NCBI GenBank assembly: GCA_963979005.1
Contig: CAXBVF010000001.1
Coordinates: 177 to 64,176 of the forward strand
Direction: 5' to 3'
Source: an uncultured Candidatus Altimarinota bacterium
GTDB taxonomy: Bacteria; Patescibacteriota; Gracilibacteria; BD1-5; UBA6164
Length of the DNA stretch: 64,000 nucleotides
Part shown: in pieces, positions 51,567 through 61,689 of the stretch
How positions within the stretch are numbered: the first letter of the stretch is position 1
Layout: every line of letters begins with the position of its first letter
Position numbers and translations under genes: made by a program
Notes under the pieces: model-generated
What the model was told of the DNA's origin: nothing
Seen by the model: only the letters and a program-made list of their open reading frames with translations
Database searches by the model: none

Positions 51567-53147
51567 ATGAAAATACAAAAAATAAAATCTAATAACTCTT
51601 TAGCTTTCACATTAGTAGAACTGATAGTAGTAATAACTATTTTAGCTATTTTGGGTACAATTGCATTCATAAGTTTACAATGATATAGTAGTGATGCTAG
51701 GGATAGCGCTAGGATATCTGATGTAAATAACATGAAAACAAGTTTAGAATTATTCCATCTTAATTCTTGAAGATATCCTTTCCCAGATAATTCAGAGAAT
51801 GTAACTTATAGTTGATGAACAGTAATTGTATGGAAACAATGAACACTTTGAGACACAGTTACAAGCCAATTATCAAAAAATCTAAATAAAAAACCATTAG
51901 ATCCTTTATATGAAAAGGAATATATATATTCTGTAGTTGAGAATGCTAATGAATATCAAATATTGTCTGTATTTGAGTCAGACTTACAGGCAAATAATTT
52001 GTTATTAAATAATGTAAATGCATTAGATAATTCAAATGTAAGATTGGATGGTATATATAATTGATTATATATAAAGACTACGAACTATATAATACCGTCG
52101 CCAAGTATAGTAACATCACTTAATCCAGCTTGATTGGATTTTAGTATAGCAACTATTGGGTCACAAGTAACAGATGGGGGGACAAATATTCCAAATATAT
52201 GAACAACTAAAGTCGTTCAGTCAACATGAGCATTAGTATTTAATGCTTTTGAAGTCTATGAATGAGTTTTAGATAAGAATTCAGATATAGGTTCATATGT
52301 ATCAGCATATAATGTATTATTAAATACATATAGTTGATCAAGTATAATAAGCGATTGAGTAGTAAATGAATTATTAGTACAATCTAATGATGAAGAGAAG
52401 ATAAATTTTGTAAATAGAGCAATATTAAAAAATAATAATAGTGTGGTAATATCTGATTGGAGAGATATTGATTCAAACTGTGATAAACCTGATGTAGTAA
52501 TTTGAACACAAACTTGGGCATGATGTAATTCTACAATATGAAATTGATTAGAATATGGTAAAAATGATAATTGAACAGATGGAATAATAGATACTTGTTA
52601 TAAGGCTTATGATGCGGTTACTAGTATCACTGCTGATTGTGTTATAGATAGTGTTGATATGGCTAGTAATACAAAGGCAAATACATGGTTTACTTGATCT
52701 AATATTGATTGAGATATAGAATTTGGTAGTATATGGTGAAAAAATTATACATGAGGAAATGCTGCAAGTGCTTGTATTTTTTGATATCATCTACCTACAG
52801 ATGCTGAACTTGAATATGCTGAAGAATATTTGATAGTAGCTGACTGATGAGCTCCAGATTGTAGAGTATCTGATAACTGGAATTGTGATTGAACTGGTTG
52901 GAAACTACATTCTACTACAAATAGTACAAATAATATGGTAGAAAAATTAAAATTACCTTTATCTGGTTTTCGTGATACTGATAGTACTTCATATAAACAT
53001 CGTGGTTTTCGTATTGCATTATGGTCTTCTACTACTGATATTAATGATGATCAAACAGGTAGATTATTTGGTTCAAGTACAGAGGGAATATGGCGTTCAT
53101 TTTGGCCTAAAACTTATGCATTTAATGTTCGTTGTATAGAAGATTAG
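51567..53147 (+). CDS. Type IV pilin-like protein fused to a C-terminal FISUMP (Fibrobacter major paralogous) domain
   Basis: 526 aa. The prepilin N-terminus is SLAFTLVELIVVITILAILGTIAF. The C-terminus LPLSGFRDTDSTSYKHRGFRIALWSSTT...AFNVRCIED fits the FISUMP pattern. Confidence 0.75.
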
Positions 53148-53160
53148 TATATTAAATAAT

Positions 53161-53190
53161 AAAAAAACCTGAAATATTTCAGGTTTTTTT
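53161..53190. terminator. Bidirectional terminator
   Basis: aaaaaaa cctgaaa tat ttcagg ttttttt. Confidence 0.65.
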
Positions 53191-53194
53191 ATTT

Positions 53195-53560
53195 TTAATA
53201 ATTGTATACATATTGTACATCATCTCTTATTACTAAGAAGTCTGTATCTCAAACTCTTTCCATATTCTGTAAATCATCATCTCAAAGTATTGTAGACAAG
53301 CTTTCTAGTTCTGCTATTTGTACATCAAGTAGTTCTTTTTCCATTAATAGAGTCTTTTTTTCAATTTCTAATTCTCTTATATTATAACCTTTTGTAGCAT
53401 TTACATTTAGTATCCAAACGTAATATAATAATAGTAAAGATATTAATGATAATAATGCAATATAGGTTGATGTGATTCAGAAGTTAAATTTTTCTTTTTC
53501 TTTTTTTCTTCTAGAGAAATAGCTTTTTTTAAATTCTTTGTTTGTAATAGTTGAACTCAC
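53195..53560 (-). CDS. ftsL: FtsL-like cell-division protein (single transmembrane segment plus coiled coil)
   Basis: 121 aa with a GTG start. It has a basic N-terminus, one transmembrane helix and a leucine-zipper-like segment. Its position directly downstream of rsmH is the conserved one. Confidence 0.5.
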
Positions 53561-53588
53561 GTAATAATAAGATTATGGAATATAGATA

Positions 53589-54530
53589 TTAGATTATTTT
53601 TTCAGCACATCTAGCTTTAGCGCTTCTACTTCTAGGGTTATCTTTTATTTCTTTATCAGTTGGTATTATTGGTTTTTTTGTTATTAATTTTATACATTTT
53701 GTATGTCCACAACTACATATCATATCTCTACATATACAGTCTTTTGTTTCTAGTTTGAATAGTTGTTTTACTATTCTGTCTTCTAGGGAGTGGAAACTTA
53801 TTACAAATATTTTTCCATTTTTATCTAGTAATTGTATAGCATCTTTTAAACTTGTTTCTAAATTCTCCAGTTCCTTGTTTACTTCTATTCTAATTGCTTG
53901 AAATATTCTAGACTTAGTTTTTGGTCATCATGGAATTATTTCACTTAAATCAGTTGTAGTTTTAAACTTTTCTTTTTTTCTTCTTTCTACTATTCTGGCA
54001 GATATTTTATTTGATCCTGGTTCTTCTCAATATTTTAAAAATATATTTCTAAGTTCTTGAGCAGTGTATCAATTTACTATATCAGCAGCAGTTTTTCATT
54101 TAGTTTTGTCTAACCTCATATCAAGAGGTCATTCTAACATAAAACTAAATCATCTATCAGCTTCATCTAAATGAAGGGAAGATAGTCATAAATCATAGTA
54201 GATTCATGTAATTTTTCATATTTTCTGTTTTTCTAATTCTTCTTTTAGGTTTAAAAAGTTGGAATTAATTAATATTACTTCTACTTTTTTATCCTTGTTT
54301 ACTTTGTCTAATCTAATTTTTGCTAATTCTAAGTTTTTAATATCAGCATCAAATCAGATAAGAGTATCTCATGCATTCATTTTTTCTATAATCTTGCTAG
54401 CATGTCATCACATTCATAGGGTAGTGTCTACAATTATGTTTTTTCTATCACTATTTATATTAATTGAATCAACTAATTCATCTAAAAGTACAGAAATATG
54501 TCTACTTTCAATGCTTTTTGTATCAGTCAT
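53589..54530 (-). CDS. rsmH: 16S rRNA (cytosine1402-N4)-methyltransferase
   Basis: 313 aa. Contains HISVLLDE, DTTLGMGGHASKI (three TGA-Gly), DLGLSSLHLDEADRGFSF, GPLDMRLD, and ISFHSLEDRIVK. Confidence 0.85.
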
Positions 54531-54824
54531 TTCAGTTAATAATGTTAAAAAAATGTTAATTGGTAGATTTTTATACCTATTTATAGCAAAACTATACTCT
54601 ATTTTTATTCTTTTTTTTCCTTTTGTCAAAATAAGTATTAACAATTAACTAGACAAAATGTCTAAAATGATGTGTGCTATATAAAGCTAAAAAAACAGAG
54701 TTTTTAACATTTTATTAACACTTGTCTATATTAAAACAAAGTGTATAATTAGAGTATATATAAAAAACTTGATTTTATTAAAATATTACTAAAATAGTAA
54801 TAGTTTAATTTAAAATTACAAATA

Positions 54825-55565
54825 ATGATAAAAATAGAAAATTTAAAAGTATGAGTCTGAAAAAAGGAAATTCTTAAGTGAATTAGTCTTGAATTTGAAC
54901 TTGGAAAAAATTATTGTTTACTCTGAAAAAATTGAAGCGGTAAGTCAACTCTTTCATCTTTTTTAATGTGACATCCTAAATATGAATATAATAGCTGAAA
55001 AGTAAGTATAGAAGATAATGATTTGCTTGAAATGAACCCAGAAGAGAGAAGTGCCGCTTGATTATTTTTATCATTTCAAAATGTTCCTGAAATCAAATGA
55101 ATAAGATTAAGCGAATATTTGAGAACTATTTATAATATTCATTTAAAAAGTTCTAATCCTGATATAAAGGAATTATCACCATTTATATTTAAAAGGTTCA
55201 TAAACAAATATTTGGAAGAGCTTCACATTGATGAAAAATTTATGGAAAGGGAACTTAATGTTTGATTTTCTGGTTGAGAAAAGAGAAAAATTGAGATTCT
55301 TCAAATGAAGCTTATATGACCAAAATATATTATATTAGACGAAATAGATAGTGGACTTGATTTAGATGCTTTTAGAACAATAGCTGAAATGCTAAAAGAT
55401 CTTAGTAGTAAAGATAATAGTTTAATAATTATTACTCATTATTTCAAAATACTAGAGTATATTAATGTAGACAAAGTGTATGTGATGAAAGATTGAAATA
55501 TTGTAAAAAATGGTAATAAAGAGTTAATTAAAGAAATAAGTGAAAGTGGTTTTACAAATTTATAA
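54825..55565 (+). CDS. sufC: Fe-S cluster assembly ATPase SufC
   Basis: 246 aa. Walker A is LLGKNGSGKST (TGA-Gly at 54924 and 54933), the ABC signature is FSGGEKRK, and Walker B is ILDEIDSGLD. Confidence 0.9.
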
Positions 55566-55570
55566 ATAAT

Positions 55571-55590
55571 AAAAAAGCCCCTTACGGGGC
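55571..55590 (-). terminator. GC-rich hairpin terminator of the antisense ORF
   Basis: On the minus strand: gcccc, loop gtaa, ggggc, followed by tttttt. The ORF's stop codon lies in the loop. Confidence 0.55.
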
Positions 55591-55857
55591 GCTTTCAGAT
55601 GAGTATTTCTTATTTAGTTTTTTCAAACCTTCGAGTATCGCTAATGCTATACAAGCGAAGGCTATGTATCTAAACAAATGATGTACATCCAATGATATTA
55701 TTTCCCATATCTTCCATTCAGGATTGGCCCAAAAGAAATGGACAAATATACCTTTAATTGCATTTTGACCTGTCAATAAGGCCAATAGTGGTATAAATGA
55801 TAAGGATACTATCACGAAATAAGTACCGAAACTTAAATACTTTGCATATTTATTCAC
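55582..55857 (-). CDS. Small multi-pass membrane protein, TGA-free, antisense between sufC and sufB
   Basis: 91 aa with a GTG start. AAGGAG lies 7 nt upstream. There are 2-3 hydrophobic helices. G+C is visibly higher than in the flanking sequence. The ORF is intact under the standard code. Confidence 0.6.
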   Translation of the reverse strand: MNKYAKYLSFGTYFVIVSLSFIPLLALLTGQNAIKGIFVHFFWANPEWKIWEIISLDVHHLFRYIAFACIALAILEGLKKLNKKYSSESAP

Positions 55858-55890
55858 TTTAATTCTCCTTTTAGCAAAATTGCTTATTAA

Positions 55891-55918
55891 ATAATAACTT
55901 AAAATTTATATATGTCAA
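55891..55918 (-). promoter_or_regulatory. Promoter of the antisense ORF, with its -35 box overlapping the sufB start codon
   Basis: On the minus strand: TTGACA (55913-55918), 16 nt, TATTAT (55891-55896). Confidence 0.4.
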
Positions 55919-57318
55919 ATCAAAAACAACAAACTGTAACTGTATCTGATACCTGGAATTTTCAGGATGATAATATAGTTTATACTAACGAAATAATCAA
56001 GTGAATAAATGAAGATGTTGTTAGACAAATCAGTTTGTCTAATAATGAACCAGAATGGCTACTTGAGTCTAGGCTTAAGGCTTTAAAAATATTCAGAGAA
56101 AAAGAAATGCCTAAATGGTGACCGGATTTGTCTAAGTTGAATTTAGATGAGATTTATTATTATGCTAAACCAGAATGAGCGGGTGCTAAAAAATCATGGG
56201 ATGATGTTCCTGAAAATATTAAAAATACATTTGATAGATTAGGTATACCAGAAGCTGAAAAAGAGAGTCTTGCGTGAGTATGAGCACAATATGATAGTGA
56301 AGTTGTCTATCATAGCTTAAAACAAGAATTAGTAGATGCTGGTGTTATATTTGATGATACATCTATAGCTGTGAATAAGTATCCTGAATTATTTAAAAAA
56401 TATTTTACAAAATCTATTCCTCTTAGTGATCATAAGTTTGCTGCACTTCACTACGCTGTTTGGTCAGGTTGAACATTTTTGTATGTCCCAAAAGGTGTAA
56501 AAGTAACAGAACCTCTTCAGTCTTATTTTAGAATGAATAAAAAATCAGGTGGACAGTTTGAACATACAATCATTATTATAGAAGATGATGCTGAAGCTCA
56601 TTATATAGAATGATGTTCTGCTCCTAAATATGATGAAAATTCTTTGCATGCTGGATGAGTAGAAATATTTGTATGAAAAAATGCCAAGATGAGATATTCT
56701 TCAGTTGAAAACTGGAGTCTAGATACATATAATTTGAATACAAAAAGAGCTATAGTAGAAGAAAATGCCTACATGGAATGGGTGTGATGAAATATGTGAT
56801 CAGGAGTCACCATGTTGTACCCATGTAGTGTATTAAAATGAGATAATTCAAAAACAGATATGCTTTGACTAGCTTTTGCAAATGCTAAACAAAATCAAGA
56901 TATAGGTTCAAAAGTAATTCATATTTGAAAGAATACTTCATCAAATATATTGTCTAAATCATTGTCTAAGTGATGATGAATATCGACATATAGATGATTA
57001 ATAGATATAAAGCCTAGTGCTGTTTGAGCTGTGTCTAAAATAGATTGTGATGCATTGTTATTAGACAATAAATCAATATCAGATACGGTTCCAAAAATAA
57101 ACGTTTGAAATAGTGATTCTATAGTTTGACATGAAGCATCAGCTTGAAAAATAAGTGAGGAAGAGTTGTTTTATCTTCAGTCTAGATGAATATCTGAGGA
57201 GGAAGCAACTGGTATGATAGTAAACGGATTCTTATCACCAATAATGAAGGAATTACCACTTGAATATGCTAGTGAAATGAATGTATTAATTGCTATGGAA
57301 TTTGAGGGAGGATTTTAA
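55912..57318 (+). CDS. sufB: Fe-S cluster assembly scaffold SufB
   Basis: 468 aa with SufB/SufD-family beta-helix sequence throughout ([57 protein letters not shown]). Confidence 0.9.
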
Positions 57319-57368
57319 AAAGGCAAAAAGCCAGACAAGCTTTCCTCCTAAGAAGCTTTTACTGTCTG
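57318..57368 (-). terminator. Long interrupted hairpin terminator of the 57385 ORF
   Basis: cagacaagctt (57332-57342) pairs with aagctt..tgtctg (57353-57368). On the minus strand it is followed by gctttttgcctttt. Confidence 0.5.
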
Positions 57369-57384
57369 ACTTTTAAAATTTTGT

Positions 57385-57660
57385 TTACTCACTTTTATTT
57401 TCTACTTTCGTAAAATGGAGAAACTCTCCATCTATGAAAGCAACAGAAATAGTCATTTCTTTTCTTCCTTTAATAGGAACATCATGACCAAGTAATCCTA
57501 TTAAAAGTGAATTCTGTTGTTTTTTACAATCTATGTTACCTTGATTATATCCTTTAAGTCGTGCTTCATTTATAGCCTTATTCCTTGATATTCTGTCTAT
57601 AATAGCAGCTACTATAAATAGTAGTACTATTAAAATATATATGATAGTAAAATCTCTCAC
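57385..57660 (-). CDS. Small single-pass membrane protein, TGA-free, antisense between sufB and sufA
   Basis: The track ORF is 57385-57672. The likely start is GTG at 57660, with GGAGA 5 nt upstream. It has an N-terminal transmembrane helix (FTIIYILIVLLFIVAAII) and a C-terminal soluble part of about 65 aa. Confidence 0.55.
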   Translation of the reverse strand: MRDFTIIYILIVLLFIVAAIIDRISRNKAINEARLKGYNQGNIDCKKQQNSLLIGLLGHDVPIKGRKEMTISVAFIDGEFLHFTKVENKSE

Positions 57661-57689
57661 TTTATTCTCCAAAAATTTATGGTAAATAT

Positions 57690-57717
57690 ATTATAATCAC
57701 ATAAGTATTAATGTCAA
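57690..57717 (-). promoter_or_regulatory. Consensus sigma70-type promoter of the 57385 ORF
   Basis: On the minus strand: TTGACA (57712-57717), 16 nt, TATAAT (57690-57695). Confidence 0.5.
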
Positions 57718-57768
57718 TTTTAGCTATAAAAAAAGCCAAGCACAGGATAGTGCGAGACTCGGTGATAA

Positions 57769-57879
57769 CTAACTAATTAATGAATAGTTAGTTACAATTA
57801 TATAAATTCCCATGCATATACTAAATACTGTAAAACAGCATGATTTGTATAGAAAGTGATTTTTTTTCCCAGAAAACAT
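57769..57879 (-). CDS. Candidate 36-aa hydrophobic peptide
   Basis: MFSGKKNHFLYKSCCFTVFSICMGIYIIVTNYSLIS. GGAG lies 7 nt upstream of the ATG. It is not in the track because it is under 60 aa. Confidence 0.35.
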   Translation of the reverse strand: MFSGKKNHFLYKSCCFTVFSICMGIYIIVTNYSLIS

Positions 57880-57969
57880 TGTGTTTCTCCTTTTGGTAGT
57901 GGAATTATAGTTTATTTTTATTTTTCTCTAATAAAATTTAGAGGTCAATATAATATGTAAAAAAAATAA

Positions 57970-58365
57970 ATGTCAAATATTAAATTAGATAAAAATACTG
58001 TTAGATATTTTGAAGATAAAAATATATCAAAAATTAAGATATTTTTTTATGAATCATGATGTAGCTGAACAAAAGTAGATATTAGTGATGATTTTAAAAT
58101 TGATGATAATTTAGTACAAGTAGAAACAGATTATCTTTTTGATTTATATATAGAAAAAAAAGATCAAGATAAGTTTATGGATTGCAATATCACTAGAACA
58201 GTAAAAGCTGATCATACATGAAAAGAAAAGATACGTTATATATTTTCTAATGAAAAAGTAAAAGATAGATGTGGATGTGGTAGTAGTTTTAGTTTTGATA
58301 AAAAAGAAATTAAAATAGACTTGAGTAAATTAAAGGATATGAAGCTTAATATTAAAACTAAATAA
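57970..58365 (+). CDS. sufA: HesB/IscA-family Fe-S carrier (SufA/ErpA-like)
   Basis: 131 aa. Contains GCSGTK and the C-terminal CGCGSSF motif. Confidence 0.8.
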
Positions 58366-58368
58366 AAA

Positions 58369-59046
58369 ATGAAAATTACAAAAAATTGATTTTATAAACT
58401 ATCTGAATTTACTACAAATGAGATTAACATTGAAGATAACTTAATTGTAGCTATTTTTGATGATTTAAATGAGAATTTAAATATAGAAATCTGAGAAAAT
58501 TCTAGACTAGAATTTTATTCTATTATAGAAAATACTGATGATTTAAATATAAATTTTTTACAGAAAAAAGAATCATCTATTCTTCAAGTTAGATGTTTAT
58601 TATTATCAAAAGATTCTAATAAAATAAAAACTAGGATATATTCTGAATTATGAGCCTCTAAAACAAAATCTGATATTCAAATTATTTCCATTATTTGAAA
58701 TAATTGAGAAGTAGATTTGGATTGAATAATTCAAATAAATGAAAATATTGAGAAGGTAGATTGAAATTTAAATGAAGAAAATTTATTTTTAGGGAATAGT
58801 TGAAAAGTTAATTGAATACCAACACTTTTAGTAAGAAGTGATGATGTAAAAGCATCTCATGCATGTAAAATGGAAAGAATAAGCGATGATAAACTGTTTT
58901 ATTTAAGATCTAGATGAGTAGGTAAGGAAAATGCACTTTCAATGATGATAGAAGCAAAAATAAAGGGGTTATTTTCATGTATTTCTATGCTTGATAATGA
59001 GTTTTATGAAAAATTGCTTGATAATATATTAAAAAAGATAAAATAG
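58369..59046 (+). CDS. sufD: SufD-like Fe-S assembly protein (short)
   Basis: 225 aa with SufB/D-family C-terminal sequence (VKASHACKMERISDDKLFYLRSRGVGKENALSMMIEA). Confidence 0.7.
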
Positions 59047-59082
59047 ATTAATTACTAAATATATTAAAATTAATAAAAAAAA

Positions 59083-60282
59083 ATGGATATTAAAAAAGAC
59101 TTTCCTATATTTCAAAACAATAAAGATTTAATATTTTTTGATTCAACATCATCGACACAAAAACCAAGTTATGTTATAGATGGAATAAAGGATTACCTAG
59201 AAAATAGTTATTCAAATATTCATAGATGAATGTATGATATAGCATGAATTTCTGAAGAATTGTATGATAATTCAAAAAAGAAAGTTGCAGAACTTATATG
59301 AGCGGAATCTTACAAAGAAGTTATATATACATATAATTCTACGTATGCTTCAAATCTATTAGTTTGATCACTTAGATTAACATGAAAATTAAAAGCTGGA
59401 GATAAAGTATTATTAAGTATTGTTGAACATCATGCTAATATAGTTCCATGGCTTATATTAAAAGATGAAATAGGTATAGATATAGATTATGTAGATGTGG
59501 ATGAAAATTTTAATTTAGATTTAGAGGATTTTAACAAAAAATATGATGAGAGTGTAAAAGTAATTTCTTTTACTCATGTTTCTAATATTACTGGACAAGT
59601 TTTTGATTTAGAAAAAATTTGAGAACTTAAAAGGGCAGATACATTATTTATTATTGATGCATCTCAAAGTGTTCCTCATTTCAAAATAGATTTAAAAAAA
59701 TTAAATGCTGATTTCATATTTTTTACATGACATAAAATAATGGCAGATTCAGGTATTTGAGTATTATGGTGAAAAACTGAACTATTAAATGAGTTAAAGC
59801 CAGTATTTTCTGGATGATGATCTATATCAAAAGTAGAAGAAACATGTTTTATAGATGGGAAATTACCTTATAAATTTGAACCTGGTACTCCTAATCTTAC
59901 ATGAGCTGTTAGTTTATTAAAGGCCTTGGAGTATATAGATAGTATTTGATGATTTGAAAAAGTAGAGGAAATAGAAAAGGACTTAGTAGAGTATACATTA
60001 AAAAAAATAAATGATAGAGCTTATATTAAACTTATTTGAAGTAATAGTTCAGAAAAAAGAGTCTGAGTTTTTGCATTTACATTATCAAATATACATTCAG
60101 ATGATATAGCAGATGCTATGGCAGAAGAAAATATATGTATTAGGTCTGGTTTACATTGTGCTCATCCTTTTTTGAACAAATTATGACTAAATCATTCATC
60201 TAGAATGAGTTTGTATATTTATAATACACATGAAGATATTGATAAGTTTTTTGAAGTTTTAGATGATGCTAGCAAATACTAA
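59083..60282 (+). CDS. sufS: Cysteine desulfurase SufS
   Basis: 399 aa. Contains HHANIVPW, SFTHVSNITGQ, FFTGHKIM (PLP lysine region), and RSGLHCAHP (active-site Cys). Confidence 0.9.
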
Positions 60283-60344
60283 AACTATTTGAGTTTTACT
60301 AATAAAGTCTTATATTTAATTAATATATTTTTTTACAAAAAATT

Positions 60345-60839
60345 ATGAAAAAGAAAACAAAATTAATAACAATTGCTGTACTATCAGTATTAGCTACATT
60401 TAATGCATTTTACTTGAGCTATGATTGGATTTTTACAGTTGATGAAGCTTCTAGTTTATATTTTTTAGCAACTGAATCTACTGCAGTAGGTTGAAGTTTT
60501 TGCGATATTAATGAAACATTATCATGTAGTGCTGTATTATCTCATCCTTTATCACAAATATATTGAATTCCTTTTCCTTTGATAGCTTTATTTGTATATC
60601 CAATTATTTTATTAGTTACAATACTTGGTATATTAAAAAAATATAAATATGTATTTAAAACTTTGGCTTTAATGTCTGTTGGTTGAATAATGTTTAATGG
60701 TTATTTTATATATCAAGAAACATTTAATATTTGAGCATTTTGTCCACTATGTTTAATATGTAGTGCTATAATACTTACTATATTTGGATTATCGGTAACT
60801 GAAGTAAAAAAGGAATGTATAAAAAATAAGAAAAAATAA
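60345..60839 (+). CDS. VKOR-family (vitamin K epoxide reductase-like) membrane protein
   Basis: 164 aa with four transmembrane helices. It has a loop cysteine pair (CDINETLSC) and a CPLC motif in the last helix. Confidence 0.65.
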
Positions 60840-60840
60840 T

Positions 60841-61239
60841 ATGTATAATGAAATGATAACTTACTATTCAAAGAATCCATTTAATAAATTTGAAATGGAG
60901 GATCATACAATAAGTTATTTTGAAGATAATGAAACGTGTTGAGATGCATTGATAGTATTTCTAAAGATAAAAGATAATATAATAGAAAATTGGAGTTTTA
61001 CTTGAGATACTGCTATTATTACAACTGCTTGTTGAGGAGTTTTTTGAGAAAGTATCATATGAATGAGTATAGATGAAGTATTAAAATTTGATTATAAATA
61101 CATTGTAGAATTAATAGGAGAGGAAGTAAGTAATAGAAGAAAAAAAGCTTCTGTACTAGCTCTTTTGACTACTAGAAACGCTATTCATAAGTATTTAGAT
61201 GACTGAATAGTTGATGATTTTGATAATGTGATAGAATAA
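60841..61239 (+). CDS. sufU: SufU/IscU-like Fe-S scaffold
   Basis: 132 aa. Contains NETCGDAL, TTACGG, and a C-terminal helical part typical of the NifU N-terminal family. Confidence 0.7.
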
Positions 61240-61258
61240 TAGAATTTAATTATAATAA

Positions 61259-61654
61259 ATGCTTAAACTTTCAAAAAAATGATGATATGCTCTAAAGGCT
61301 GTATTGTATATAGCTGAAAGAGAAACAGAATTAATAAAAATAGTAGATATTTCGAGAGAATTATCTATATCTGAATCATTACTTAGAAGAATTATTTCTG
61401 ATTTAGAGAGAACAAATATATTAAGTACTATAAAGGGAAGATCATGAGGTGTAAAATTATGAGAGGGGACTAATAAAATATCTATATATGATATACTTAG
61501 CTCTGTATGAGAAGAACTATGAATAACAGATTGTACTAAGTGATTGATATGTGATAATAGTGATGTTTGTAGTACGACATTATTACTATGAAATTTACAA
61601 AAAAGCTTTAATTGAATACTCAAACTTCAAACTTTGGATAAAATAATCAAATAA
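61259..61654 (+). CDS. Rrf2-family transcriptional regulator (IscR/SufR-like)
   Basis: 131 aa. MLKLSKKGGYALKAVLYIAE...ISRELSISESLLRRIISDLERTNILSTIKGRSGGVKL is the Rrf2 winged helix. A Cys cluster follows (CTKGLICDNSDVC). Confidence 0.75.
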
Positions 61655-61684
61655 AAAAGAACTCTTTAAAAGAGTTCTTTTTTA
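61653..61684. terminator. Bidirectional terminator between the suf cluster and rplA
   Basis: agaactct, loop ttaaa, agagttct, flanked by an A-run and a T-run. Confidence 0.65.
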
Positions 61685-61689
61685 TTTGA

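Noticed and set aside
52893-53147. The variable region of a diversity-generating retroelement at the C-terminus of the FISUMP pilin.
   Set aside because: I found no template-repeat copy of this segment and no reverse transcriptase gene in the 64 kb. The atypical codon usage is reported as a finding, but a DGR cannot be supported.
54531-54824. An expected mraZ gene upstream of rsmH.
   Set aside because: No ORF of suitable length or sequence exists under table 25. The 294-nt region is a divergent promoter spacer between rsmH and sufC.
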